From Patescibacteria group bacterium (GTDB lineage Bacteria; Patescibacteriota; Patescibacteriia; XYB2-FULL-38-15): a DNA stretch of 64,000 nucleotides. Position numbers and translations under genes: made by a program. The notes beneath the pieces are model-generated. The model was not told the DNA's origin, searched no databases, and worked only from the letters and a program-made list of their open reading frames with translations. Positions 1 to 9,599 of the stretch are shown here, piece by piece (position 1 is the stretch's first letter; each line of letters begins with the position of its first letter). The stretch is from the NCBI GenBank assembly GCA_041737355.1, contig JBGSRW010000007.1, forward strand, positions 10,556-74,555, read 5' to 3'.

Positions 1-523
1 CTTGGCTGATTTCTATAAAGATATGAACCGCTGGGCATTTCATTCCCAGTTATTTTTTTTAAGTAAGAGGTTAAAAGACCATTCAAAACTTCTGGAACAA
101 AAAGAAGGCATTCTGATTCAGGACCGCAGTTTGTATGAAAACGCCGAGGTGTTCGCCAAAAATTTATACGAACGTGGATGCATTGCCGAGCGCGACTGGA
201 AAATTTATTGGGAAATTTATCAAACAGCGGTAAAACTTCTTTCCCCGCCTGATTTGATTATTTATCTCGAGGCTTCGGTTCCGTCACTAACAAACCGAAT
301 TAATTCCCGTGGCCGGGACTTTGAACAAAAAATTGATCCGAATTATCTCTCCGACCTGAACCGGCTTTACAACGACTGGGCAAATAATTTTTCCTTGGCT
401 CCGGTTCTTACAATTCCGACAAATGATTTAAACTACATTGACCGCAAAGACAAACGCGAATACATCGTCGAACTAATCTCCAAAAAACTCGGCGGCCTAC
501 CAACCTCGCTTTGGCAAAAATAA
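1..523 (+). CDS. deoxynucleoside kinase (dCK/dGK family), 5'-truncated at window edge
   Basis: ORF runs off the window start. The C-terminal half resembles deoxyadenosine/deoxycytidine kinase ('DRSLYENAEVFAKNLYERG...W.IYWEIY'). Motif-level recognition only. Confidence 0.55.
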   Translation, partial: LADFYKDMNRWAFHSQLFFLSKRLKDHSKLLEQKEGILIQDRSLYENAEVFAKNLYERGCIAERDWKIYWEIYQTAVKLLSPPDLIIYLEASVPSLTNRINSRGRDFEQKIDPNYLSDLNRLYNDWANNFSLAPVLTIPTNDLNYIDRKDKREYIVELISKKLGGLPTSLWQK

Positions 524-538
524 AAATAAAAAAATCAT

Positions 539-561
539 GAGCCCTGCCGGGCTCTTTTTTA
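539..561 (+). terminator. rho-independent terminator
   Basis: GAGCCC-TGCC-GGGCTC hairpin followed by TTTTTTAT, directly after the stop of the first CDS. Confidence 0.6.
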
Positions 562-614
562 TTGCCAAAAAAGTGAAAATAAGTTAAGATTGGGGAATAA
601 ATAATCCCTTCTTT

Positions 615-1637
615 ATGGAAGAAAACCGCCTGATTGAACCAAAAGAACAAAATGAGGACCAAGTGTTTGACATGACGCTCCGGCCTAAGGTTTTGGCTGA
701 ATATATCGGTCAGGAACAGATCAAGGGAAACCTAAAAATTTTTATTGAGGCAGCCAAAAAAAGGAAAGAACCGATTGAACATGTCCTGCTCTATGGCTGT
801 CCGGGTTTAGGAAAAACAACTTTGGCTCATGTGATCTCAAACGAAATGGGCGCCCAGATCCGCATCACCTCCGGTCCGGCTATTGAACGGGCCGGCGACT
901 TGGCGGCGATTTTGACTAACCTTGGCGACGGCGATGTCTTGTTTATCGATGAAATCCACCGGCTAAATAAAGTTATTGAAGAAGTTTTATATCCGGCCAT
1001 GGAAGAATACGCGCTGGACTTGGTAATCGGCAAAGGTCCGGGCGCCAGAACGGTGCGTCTTAATTTACCCCGTTTCACAATCATCGGCGCCACAACCAAG
1101 GTCAGTATGATTTCCTCGCCTCTCCGTGATCGCTTTGGCGCAACATACCACTTGAATTTTTATGAAAACGAAGATATCGGAAAAATTATCGAACGGAGCG
1201 CCAAACTTTTAAATATCAAAATTGACAACGAGGCGGTACAGCTTATCGCCGAACGTGCCCGCTGCACTCCCCGCGTCGCAAACCGCATCTTAAAACGAGT
1301 CCGCGATTATGCCGAAGTCAAAGCCAATGGTATAATTACAAAAGAGCTGGCCGAAGAAGCCCTAAAAAATTTGGGCGTCGGCCAATTCGGCCTGGACCAG
1401 ATCGACCGCCGGATCCTCGAAGCAATCATAAAAAAATTCCAGGGCGGACCGGTCGGCCTGAATACTCTTTCAGCGGCTACCGGCGAAGAAGAAGCGACAA
1501 TCGAGGAAGTTTACGAACCGTATCTTCTCCAGCTCGGATTTCTAAACCGGACTCCCCGAGGCCGGATGGCAACCGAAGCGGCCTATAAACATCTTGGCAT
1601 CGCCGTTCCAAAAAATATCCAGGACAAACTTATCTAA
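615..1637 (+). CDS. ruvB: Holliday junction branch migration DNA helicase RuvB
   Basis: Classic RuvB AAA+ motifs ([17 protein letters not shown] Walker [12 protein letters not shown] Walker B) and length 340 aa. Confidence 0.95.
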   Translation: MEENRLIEPKEQNEDQVFDMTLRPKVLAEYIGQEQIKGNLKIFIEAAKKRKEPIEHVLLYGCPGLGKTTLAHVISNEMGAQIRITSGPAIERAGDLAAILTNLGDGDVLFIDEIHRLNKVIEEVLYPAMEEYALDLVIGKGPGARTVRLNLPRFTIIGATTKVSMISSPLRDRFGATYHLNFYENEDIGKIIERSAKLLNIKIDNEAVQLIAERARCTPRVANRILKRVRDYAEVKANGIITKELAEEALKNLGVGQFGLDQIDRRILEAIIKKFQGGPVGLNTLSAATGEEEATIEEVYEPYLLQLGFLNRTPRGRMATEAAYKHLGIAVPKNIQDKLI

Positions 1638-1640
1638 ACT

Positions 1641-1871
1641 ATGACTCTTTCAATTTTTCTCATCGCCTACTTTGTTTTCGTTTTTCTCTTCGCGGTTTTT
1701 TCCGTATTTTCGATTTATCACCTAGCAAGATTCGTTCCGCCCAGTTCAGTTGCCTTTTTTACGACTTATATTTTTCTAGCCGGCGCGGCGATAATTATTT
1801 TCGCCACCTGGCAGGAACTACAAAACGTTGACTGGACGCAAGCAGTTTTTACTCTTAATGCCGGCTTATGA
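1641..1871 (+). CDS. small hydrophobic membrane protein, hypothetical
   Basis: 76 aa ORF with two predicted TM helices; 3 bp after ruvB; overlaps the next gene by 4 bp. Confidence 0.35.
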   Translation: MTLSIFLIAYFVFVFLFAVFSVFSIYHLARFVPPSSVAFFTTYIFLAGAAIIIFATWQELQNVDWTQAVFTLNAGL

Positions 1872-2434
1872 GCGTTTACTTGCAAAAATTTATCAACCAA
1901 AAACCTTACGAAAAAATTATTTATTTCCTGCGACGCGACACTATTGTTTTTATTCTGCAAGCGCTGCTGTTTATTCTGCTCCTAGCTATTCCTATCGGCC
2001 TTTATTTTTTTCTCGGAACAACTTTCCCTTCGCTTTTTGAAAACACCATTACTTATCCGCTCCTGGTTATTTTGGGAGGTATTTACTACTTAACCGTTTG
2101 GCTTGTTTTTTTCACTTCTTTTATTGATTACTATCTTGATTTCTGGATTGTCACAAACGACCGCATAATAAATGTTGAACAACATCTTTTTGCCCGAACA
2201 ATTTCCGAACTGGATTTATATAAAGTTCAGGATATCACGGGAGAATCCCGCGGCTTTCTCCAGACAATGTTTAATTATGGCCATGTTTTTGTCCAGACAG
2301 CCGGAGAAGTTGGAAGATTTAATTTTGAAGAAGTCCCTAACCCCAGAGAAGTCGCGAGAAAAATTATGGAACTTACCGAAGAAGACAGAAAGTACCACGC
2401 TAACCAGGCAGCTAAGTTGGACCAGACAGTTTAA
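1868..2434 (+). CDS. membrane protein with bacterial PH (YdbS/YdbT-like) domain
   Basis: Two N-terminal TM helices followed by a soluble ~100 aa domain. The architecture is typical of bPH_2/DUF304 proteins. Identified from memory, not searched. Confidence 0.45.
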   Translation: MSVYLQKFINQKPYEKIIYFLRRDTIVFILQALLFILLLAIPIGLYFFLGTTFPSLFENTITYPLLVILGGIYYLTVWLVFFTSFIDYYLDFWIVTNDRIINVEQHLFARTISELDLYKVQDITGESRGFLQTMFNYGHVFVQTAGEVGRFNFEEVPNPREVARKIMELTEEDRKYHANQAAKLDQTV

Positions 2435-2494
2435 TTTTTATTTAAAAAAATATCCCGGCGTTTGGTTATTACCAAGCGCCGGGTTTTGTTTTCT

Positions 2495-3451
2495 CTAAAT
2501 CACGAACGTACTCTGGCCGGGGCGCCTTTCAGCATCCCAAACCTGGTTTCGTCCGTGAGCCTTGGCCTGCAGAGCCGCCCGGCTGGCTTTCCTTACCAAT
2601 CCCTCGACCGTGCCGCCCTGAATGAAGTTAGCGACGCCGATACTCACGGTGACCACGAGCCGCTGGCCGCTGTCGCGAAGAATAATCGGCGCCTTTTCCA
2701 TCGCCGATCTGATTTTCTCCGCCAGAATCATTGCGCCGCTCTTTTCGGTTTCCGGCAAGATAACGGCGAATTCGTCGCCGGCATAACGGGCGAGCAAATC
2801 CGTCTCGCGGGTGTTGGATCCGAAGACGCTGGCCGCGGCCTGGAGAACCCTGTCTCCGACCGTGTGGCCGTGGGGCGTATTGACTCTTTTCTTGAAATCG
2901 TCGACGTCAATGAAAAGAAGCGACAAGGAACGACGAAACCGCTTGGCTCGCTCGACTTCGTCGTTGATCCGTTCATCGAAAGCCCGCCGGTTGGGAATCC
3001 TTGTTACTGGATCGGTCCGGTTTTCCCGTTCGAGTTTGGTAATAATTCTTTTCTTTTCGGCTTCAAGCTCAACTTCGCGGCTCACGTCTTTCCCGACGAA
3101 AATCGCGCCCTGGAAACAGTCCTCGTCGCACACAACCTCGAGAGAAAAAAGCAGAGGCACCGTTCCTCCGCCCTCTCTCGAGAAAATGCGCCGCTCGGAA
3201 ATTTTTTCTTCTCCCGAGAAAAGTCTCTTCTCGGCTGTTTCCCAGAAAACCGCGTCGTCAAAAATCGAAAGAAAATCAAAAAGATTTTTCCCCTCCGCTT
3301 TGTTTGCCGCACAGCCGAACAAACATTCAGCTCCGGAGCTGCAGATCGTTATCCTCTTGTCTTTGCCGGCAACGAGGACGGCATCTGACCTTTGTCTCAC
3401 GATAGTTTCGTAGAAACTTATCCGCTGCCGCAAGCCGACGATATTTCTCAT
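2495..3451 (-). CDS. PAS-domain diguanylate cyclase (GGDEF)
   Basis: C-terminal 'RYAGDEFAVILPE' GGDEF active-site motif, with a PAS-like N-terminal region. GGGAGGA RBS upstream of the start. The gene is about 58-60% GC, clearly above its neighbours. Confidence 0.8.
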   Translation of the reverse strand: MRNIVGLRQRISFYETIVRQRSDAVLVAGKDKRITICSSGAECLFGCAANKAEGKNLFDFLSIFDDAVFWETAEKRLFSGEEKISERRIFSREGGGTVPLLFSLEVVCDEDCFQGAIFVGKDVSREVELEAEKKRIITKLERENRTDPVTRIPNRRAFDERINDEVERAKRFRRSLSLLFIDVDDFKKRVNTPHGHTVGDRVLQAAASVFGSNTRETDLLARYAGDEFAVILPETEKSGAMILAEKIRSAMEKAPIILRDSGQRLVVTVSIGVANFIQGGTVEGLVRKASRAALQAKAHGRNQVWDAERRPGQSTFVI

Positions 3452-3510
3452 GACTAATCCTCCCTTTACTGCGGTATCCTAACACTAAAAATTACTTTGG
3501 TCAAGAATGA

Positions 3511-3540
3511 AACAAAAAATAGCCTCGCGAGAGAGGCTAT
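3511..3540 (-). terminator. rho-independent terminator (minus strand) between SpoIID-like gene and GGDEF gene
   Basis: Perfect 8 bp stem ATAGCCTC-GCGAGA-GAGGCTAT, followed on the minus strand by ATTTTTTG. Confidence 0.5.
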
Positions 3541-3555
3541 CTCCAGCTATTGTGT

Positions 3556-5391
3556 TTAATAGATTGTTTTCAATCCAACTCCCGTATAATAGTGCTTCAA
3601 AATCTGTTCAAAAGTACTGCCAGCGAGAGCCATCCCCCGCGCCCCGCGGGCCGAGAGACCGACTCCATGCCCGAAAAGATTCATCCCGGAACAATTGGGA
3701 TCCGGCCTTGAAACGAGCCACGGTTTTCCCTTCCCAAACCAAACTTCTTCCCAGGCACGGGTTCTTCCGTCACTCTGGGAAAAATAAGGAGTGACAACAA
3801 TATCTCCGTTGTATGTGACTACTATGCCGCGGGTTTCTTCGACCGCTTTTACAAAATTGGGCAGACGTGTTTCGGAATTATAACCGCGATAAACCTGGTC
3901 GTAAGAACTTGCATTCAGATGAAAATAACCGGCTGGATGCTTGCCTCCGATATTGATATTGTATTGAGCAAAGGTTCGGGCGGCAACGGCCAAAGCTTTG
4001 TGATATTCAATCGGATTGTTGTTCGACGATTCGGCTAGGCCTTTCATGTAAGCTTCCAGCGGCACTTCGTTGATCATATAAACTTTGTCCCTGCCCTCGC
4101 TGTAACGGAACTCCAAATTGCCGCGGAATTTATTATCATTCAGAGACGTGTTCCAGGCCGGTGGATTTCTGAAACTCGTAATTTCGAAAATTGAGTTTTT
4201 ATCCTGGGCAATGAAATCTAAATAGGAGAGATTGTCCTTAATCGTCCCATTAAACGATACTGAGTAAGTTTTCGCCGAACTGTTGAAGGTGACTGTCACG
4301 CTTGATCCGGCGGACACAGAGAAGACCAGATTTCCTCCCGAATCCTTAACGTCGAAAACTCCGCTGGCTTTTATTGTTTCTGGTTCGGTCGTAGCGTACA
4401 AACCGATTCTGATGGTTGATTCCTCGGCCAAACTAGGCTCGACGGGAACGACAACTTGTGGCGAACCAAAAATTTTAATAGGAACCGCGGCAAAACCGCC
4501 CGAAACTGATTTGTCGTTGTTCATCAGAATAAAAGCAGCGTTATATTCTCCGGCTGCGTTACCTTGCAAAGAAAAACTGAAATATCCTATCTGGCCAGGT
4601 AAGGTTACCGACGAGACTGAAGCTAAACAATTTGATTCAAGCCAGCCTGGTTCGCGGAAAGCGTCGGTATTTACGTCCGGGGCTGTACAAATTTTAACTG
4701 AATTGACCCCATCCGTTTCCCAGTTAATCTTACCGATATTTTTGAAACCGACGTTAAAATTAATCTTATTGCCGACCAAAAGATCGATGGAGCTGTGGCT
4801 TTGTATCAATTTAAGAGCGCTAAAATTTTCCGCCGAGGCGATAGTTGTATTAACCGGAACCGAGACAACGGCATTCGGGTTGTTGGTAACGTTCACCGGT
4901 ATTTCTAAAACTCCCCCGGGAATCCAAGTCAGGTTTTCCGCGGCCAATTTAAATTTTACTGTCTGCAGACCAAGCAAATCCGGAGCCTGAATGGCAAATC
5001 TGAAATGGGCCGTCTGACCAGGAAGCACTTTTGTTTCAACCATTTTTCCCGGCTGCTCGGCAGTATGCCAATACTTGTGTCTGAATAATTTTCCAGCGCC
5101 ATCAGCATAAAGGGAAATATAGCGGACGTTATTATTGTACCAAGCGACCGTCCCCGTATTTTTGAAACTTGCTTCAAAAGTCAGCGCCTTCCCCGGAGCC
5201 ATTACCAGGCTGCCGGAACTTTGCGTTAGTTTTTCCGCAGTGTAACCGGCCACCGCCGCCTCTGCCCGGCCGGGGTAGAACCCGGACAATAAAATAAAGA
5301 AAACCAGGCCAGCTAAAAAGCCAAGACCCGGCCTTTTTTTATTTTTATCAGAAATTATTCTAATTTTCCAAAATAAATTTTTCCCAAACAT
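3556..5391 (-). CDS. SpoIID/LytB-domain protein with N-terminal TM and Ig-like repeats
   Basis: C-terminal ~250 aa matches the SpoIID/LytB amidase-enhancer domain ('YHKALAVAARTFA...', 'VVTPYFSQSDGRT'). N-terminal signal/TM segment, then a repeated beta-rich region. Confidence 0.75.
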   Translation of the reverse strand: MFGKNLFWKIRIISDKNKKRPGLGFLAGLVFFILLSGFYPGRAEAAVAGYTAEKLTQSSGSLVMAPGKALTFEASFKNTGTVAWYNNNVRYISLYADGAGKLFRHKYWHTAEQPGKMVETKVLPGQTAHFRFAIQAPDLLGLQTVKFKLAAENLTWIPGGVLEIPVNVTNNPNAVVSVPVNTTIASAENFSALKLIQSHSSIDLLVGNKINFNVGFKNIGKINWETDGVNSVKICTAPDVNTDAFREPGWLESNCLASVSSVTLPGQIGYFSFSLQGNAAGEYNAAFILMNNDKSVSGGFAAVPIKIFGSPQVVVPVEPSLAEESTIRIGLYATTEPETIKASGVFDVKDSGGNLVFSVSAGSSVTVTFNSSAKTYSVSFNGTIKDNLSYLDFIAQDKNSIFEITSFRNPPAWNTSLNDNKFRGNLEFRYSEGRDKVYMINEVPLEAYMKGLAESSNNNPIEYHKALAVAARTFAQYNINIGGKHPAGYFHLNASSYDQVYRGYNSETRLPNFVKAVEETRGIVVTYNGDIVVTPYFSQSDGRTRAWEEVWFGKGKPWLVSRPDPNCSGMNLFGHGVGLSARGARGMALAGSTFEQILKHYYTGVGLKTIY

Positions 5392-5568
5392 TTTTCCAAG
5401 AAAATTATTTATCTTTCTACTTTATATATAATACCAAGAAATACCCCTCCGGTCAATTTAATCCCATTAGAAGTAAAACGATATTCCCCAAAACTAATTA
5501 CAGGCGCTATTGCCTCGCGGCTCAAAATGATATAATTGTAATGGAGCAAGGAAACCTACTTCTCTTTT

Positions 5569-6993
5569 ATGTCTTTAACCCGCCAAGTCGCCCATAATAT
5601 GATATACCAGGTAGCCGGCAAATTGCTGTCCACCGTTTTCGGTTTGCTGGCGCTCGGAATAATGACACGGTACTTGGGCCAGGAAGGTTTCGGCGGATAC
5701 ACGACGATCGTCGCTTTTTTACAATTTTTCGGCATTATGGTCGATTTTGGGCTGACGCTTACGACCGTGCAAATGATTTCCGAACCGGGAGCCGACGAAA
5801 ATAAAATTACCGGCAATATTTTTACTTTAAGATTTTTTTCTGCCCTGATTTTTTTGGGGCTGGCCCCGCTCGTCGTCCTATTTTTCCCTTATAGCCACAC
5901 TTTGAAAATCGGCGTGACAATCACTACTTTTTCTTTTCTGTTCATCGCGCTTAACCAGGTTTTGGTCGGTCTTTTCCAAAAACATTTATCCATGTGGAAG
6001 GTAGCTGTTTCGGAAAATGTCGGACGTGTTGTCCTTCTCGCGGGAATAGCCTTGGTTGTATTTTTCAATTTAAACTTGGTCGCGGTTATGGCGGCTGTAG
6101 TCTTGGGAAGCGCGGCTAATTTTATTATAAATTTTATTTTCTCGCTGAAATACGTCCGAATAAAATTCGTTTTCGATTGGCAGGTATGGAAAGAAATTTA
6201 CCGCCGGTCATGGCCGATCGGCCTTTCAATAGCTTTCAATTTAATCTATCTCAAGGCCGACACAATTATTTTATCCCTTTCCCAAAATCAGTCCTCTGTC
6301 GGACTTTACGGCGCCTCCTATCGCGTCTTGGACGTGCTCACGACTTTCCCGATGATGTTTGCCGGGCTGATCCTTCCCGTCCTTACGGCTACCTGGGCGG
6401 AGGGAAATCTCGAGAGATTCAGAAGGATTGCCCAAAAATCATTTGATTTTTTGATTATGATAATCGTGCCGGCTATTTTTGGAACTTTATTTTTAGGAGA
6501 ACGCCTGATGAAGTTAGTTGCCGGAGACGATTTTGCCCTTTCGGGAACTATCTTAAAAATTCTGATACTCGCCGCCGGAGCGATATTCCTCGGGACTCTT
6601 TTTGGCCATATGGTTGTCGCCGTAAAAAAACAACGGGTGATGATTTGGGGATACGCCGTGGTAGCCGTCGTCTCGCTCCTCGGCTACGTTATTCTCATCC
6701 CCCGTTATACTTATTGGGCGGCTTCATGGATAACCGTATTTTCCGAAGGAGCCATCGCCCTTCTGACATTCTTTGTCGTCTGGAAAACGACGGGGATAGT
6801 CCTGTCCGGAAAAATTTTGTTAAAAACGGCAATCGCGAGCCTTGCCATGTCCGCAATTCTTTATTTTCTCGCCGCTGCCAACCTTCTGTTTCTCATAGCT
6901 CTCGGCGCAGCGGTTTATTTTGCCACCCTCTATTTGCTCCGGGGATACAGCAAGGAAACTATTACCGAGATTCTTAAACTAAGCGGGGAATAA
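5569..6993 (+). CDS. oligosaccharide flippase (Wzx/MOP superfamily polysaccharide biosynthesis protein)
   Basis: 474 aa with about 12-14 TM helices. Overall similarity to Wzx/PST-family flippases. Confidence 0.7.
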   Translation: MSLTRQVAHNMIYQVAGKLLSTVFGLLALGIMTRYLGQEGFGGYTTIVAFLQFFGIMVDFGLTLTTVQMISEPGADENKITGNIFTLRFFSALIFLGLAPLVVLFFPYSHTLKIGVTITTFSFLFIALNQVLVGLFQKHLSMWKVAVSENVGRVVLLAGIALVVFFNLNLVAVMAAVVLGSAANFIINFIFSLKYVRIKFVFDWQVWKEIYRRSWPIGLSIAFNLIYLKADTIILSLSQNQSSVGLYGASYRVLDVLTTFPMMFAGLILPVLTATWAEGNLERFRRIAQKSFDFLIMIIVPAIFGTLFLGERLMKLVAGDDFALSGTILKILILAAGAIFLGTLFGHMVVAVKKQRVMIWGYAVVAVVSLLGYVILIPRYTYWAASWITVFSEGAIALLTFFVVWKTTGIVLSGKILLKTAIASLAMSAILYFLAAANLLFLIALGAAVYFATLYLLRGYSKETITEILKLSGE

Positions 6994-6995
6994 AT

Positions 6996-8273
6996 ATGCT
7001 TTACGCTTTTCTGATTATTCTTTTTTCTTGTCTGTTCCTCTTTCTTGCTTGGCGAAATATCGTTTTGGCGACGGCTGTGCTCGTCGCTTTTTTGCCGTCC
7101 TATCTCATACGTACAAACCTCGGGCCATTCCCGATAAACCTGCTCGAAATAATGGTCCTTCTTCTTTTTTTCGCCTGGGCCATAAAACAAAAAGGGGGAA
7201 TTGCCGAAGCTTTAAAAAATTTAAAATCTAACCGCTGGCTTTGGCTCGTCGCCGCCTGGATTTTTTTCGCCACCGTTTCGCTTTTTGTTTCGCCAAATTT
7301 ACGGGCGGCGGCCGGCGCCTGGAAAACTTACTTTATCGAACCCGTCCTTTTCTTGCTGGTTTTTATAAGTGTCATAAAAAATAAAAAGGATTTTGAATTA
7401 ATTTTATACGCCCTCGGTTTTTCCGCTCTTTATATTTCGGCTTTTGCCTTCTACCAAAAAATTACCGGTTTCGCCATCCCCAACCCGATCTGGCAGGCGG
7501 AAGAAACTAGGCGCGTCACAAGTTTTTACGGATATCCGAACGCCGTCGGCTTGTATCTCGCACCGATTGCCACTCTTTGCGCCGGATGGCTTATTGACAC
7601 GCTGCAAACCGCTGGCCACAGATTGCGAAAAATACTTTTTCAGCTTGCCGTATTTTTTTCATCGGCGGCTGCCATAGTCTTCGCCCGTTCAGAAGGAGCC
7701 TATATCGGCGTTCTTTGCGGTTTATTTTTCCTCGGAATTATGACCAAAAAATTGCGCTGGCCGACCGTGATTCTCGCGATAATTTTTATTGCCACCGTCG
7801 TGTTAGTACCCCAATTTAAAAATTATGCCTGGCAGCAAATTGCCTTCCAAAACGATTCGGGAAAAGTAAGAATCAGCCAATGGCAGGAAACTTGGGAAAT
7901 GCTTCGTGACCGACCAATAACCGGAACCGGACTGGCCGGCTATCAGGAAGCTCTCGCCCCATATCACAAGGCAAAACATATTGAAATCTATCTTTACCCT
8001 CACAATTTATTTTTAAATTTCTGGAGTGAAATTGGCTTGGGCGGCCTAATTATTTTTTTGACAGTGGTTGCAAAGTTTTTTAAAGATAACTTAAAAAAAA
8101 TATTTACCGAAAAATCGTCTCTATCTATTATCTTGTCTGCCACGATGATTACGTTGATTATTCATGGCCTGGTTGATGTCCAATATTTGAAAAACGATCT
8201 TTCTCTTTTTTTCTGGCTTTTGATCGGCATCTCTGTTTTGGTTCCAAAAATCTTCCCGAAAAAAACATTCTAA
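6996..8273 (+). CDS. O-antigen ligase/polymerase family (Wzy_C domain) membrane protein
   Basis: Polytopic membrane protein with a Wzy_C-like loop ('YLYPHNLFLNFWSEIGLGGL'). 3 bp after the flippase gene. Confidence 0.7.
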   Translation: MLYAFLIILFSCLFLFLAWRNIVLATAVLVAFLPSYLIRTNLGPFPINLLEIMVLLLFFAWAIKQKGGIAEALKNLKSNRWLWLVAAWIFFATVSLFVSPNLRAAAGAWKTYFIEPVLFLLVFISVIKNKKDFELILYALGFSALYISAFAFYQKITGFAIPNPIWQAEETRRVTSFYGYPNAVGLYLAPIATLCAGWLIDTLQTAGHRLRKILFQLAVFFSSAAAIVFARSEGAYIGVLCGLFFLGIMTKKLRWPTVILAIIFIATVVLVPQFKNYAWQQIAFQNDSGKVRISQWQETWEMLRDRPITGTGLAGYQEALAPYHKAKHIEIYLYPHNLFLNFWSEIGLGGLIIFLTVVAKFFKDNLKKIFTEKSSLSIILSATMITLIIHGLVDVQYLKNDLSLFFWLLIGISVLVPKIFPKKTF

Positions 8274-8297
8274 CAACAAGTAACCAATTTTTTGCAA

Positions 8298-8320
8298 ACT
8301 CCGCCTGGGCGGAGTTTTTT
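8298..8320 (+). terminator. rho-independent terminator
   Basis: CTCCGC-CTGG-GCGGAG hairpin plus TTTTTT, immediately after the Wzy_C gene. Confidence 0.55.
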
Positions 8321-8398
8321 AGCTTGACATTTTCTTGTTTTTATGTAAGAATATAGTGTTTGGAGCGTTTCCAAACATGAGGGATTGCGGAGGAGCAA

Positions 8399-9085
8399 AT
8401 GAAGGTCAAACTGGCAATTTATGCGACCTTTCTTTTCCTTTTCGGCTGCGGTCTAGACACGGCCGGCAGTGGGCCGGACGGTGATGACTACAGCCCGTCC
8501 GATGTTCCGGACCAGGAAGCCGGACCGGACATTGGCGAGGACGAAGTCGCCGAAGTGGTCGAAGACCACTTTGAATTGACCGAAGAGGACGTCTCGCCCG
8601 AGGCGACCGACGAAGCTGCCGACTACGAGGAAACGGAAGCTGCCGACGCCGAGGACGAGGCCAGCGAGGAAGATGGCGAAGGCGAGGACGGTGAAATTAC
8701 CGATCCTTGCGCTCCGCCAGAGATCCCGACAACTGGTCTTTTCCTCTGGTACTGCATCCCCGACCCGCCGGTAAGCATCGGCATGGCCGTCGGGCTCTGG
8801 GTGGAACGGCTTTCCGGACCGCCAATTACCTGGAGGTTTGAACCGAGCTGTGGCGCTCGAGACGCCCGCTCCATCTTCTGCGAGCTGACCGACTACGGTC
8901 CTGGTTCGACCTACTATTTCAACGTAACAACCCCGAGTATTGGGGCGGGCTGGTCTTGCGGGCCTGACCTTGAGGTCACGCACGGCGTACCCCGCATCTG
9001 GCACCATGGATGGGAACTTGAGGTTGGCGTAGTCGACAACGGCTACGGCGGTTGCAACCACACCTTCGAGATTGCTCCGCTCTGA
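8399..9085 (+). CDS. acidic putative lipoprotein, GC-rich (compositionally foreign)
   Basis: Signal peptide ending in an LFGC-G lipobox-like motif. About 100 aa D/E-rich low-complexity linker, then a Cys-containing C-terminal domain. GGAGGAG RBS. The ORF is about 62% GC against ~46% background. Confidence 0.55.
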   Translation: MKVKLAIYATFLFLFGCGLDTAGSGPDGDDYSPSDVPDQEAGPDIGEDEVAEVVEDHFELTEEDVSPEATDEAADYEETEAADAEDEASEEDGEGEDGEITDPCAPPEIPTTGLFLWYCIPDPPVSIGMAVGLWVERLSGPPITWRFEPSCGARDARSIFCELTDYGPGSTYYFNVTTPSIGAGWSCGPDLEVTHGVPRIWHHGWELEVGVVDNGYGGCNHTFEIAPL

Positions 9086-9100
9086 AAAATCTCCTCCAAA

Positions 9101-9135
9101 CCGGCGAAAGCCCTGCTTTCGCCGGACTTTTTTTA
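9101..9135 (+). terminator. rho-independent terminator
   Basis: 10 bp perfect stem CCGGCGAAAG-CCCTG-CTTTCGCCGG followed by ACTTTTTTTAT. Confidence 0.65.
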
Positions 9136-9489
9136 TTATCGATCGAGCGAGAAAAATCAAATTTTAATTTAATTTCCGAGAGAGCGCGGATAACACTAAA
9201 TACTCTAAAAACTGGACAGAATCGTCGGGATATGCTATAATATAATAATGTAAAAGCTAAATCTGGCTTTTTTGTTTTCGCCAAGCTGAAATAACAAAGC
9301 TAACAAAACAAAAAGAGGGGGACCTTTTATAAATTTGCTCTTTCAAAACACAAATTCCCGTTTTTACCACGAGACACGGGAATACAAAACAAAAATAAAA
9401 ACAAAAATAAGGAGCGTAAGGCTCTTTATTTTATTTTAGGGCAACACCAGCCCTTTATTTTATTTCGTGAAAATGTTAAGTTAAGAAAA

Positions 9490-9576
9490 TGGAAGGGTGG
9501 CTGAGTGGCCGAAAGCGCCGCACTCGAAATGCGGTATACCGGAAACGGTATCGTGGGTTCAAATCCCACCCCTTCC
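9490..9576 (+). tRNA. tRNA-Ser (anticodon CGA)
   Basis: Cloverleaf traced by hand. 7 bp acceptor stem GGAAGGG/CCCTTCC. Anticodon stem CCGCA/TGCGG with loop CUCGAAA (U33, anticodon CGA). Long variable arm ATACCG-GAAA-CGGTAT (class II). T-arm GTGGG-TTCAAAT-CCCAC. No encoded CCA. Confidence 0.88.
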
Positions 9577-9599
9577 GTTTCGACAAAAATTTTAATTTC

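Noticed and set aside
2462-3413. Plus-strand ORFs of 308 aa and 200 aa opposite the GGDEF gene
   Set aside because: Arg/Ser/Pro-rich antisense shadows typical of GC-rich coding sequence. The minus-strand frame has a GGDEF motif and an SD.
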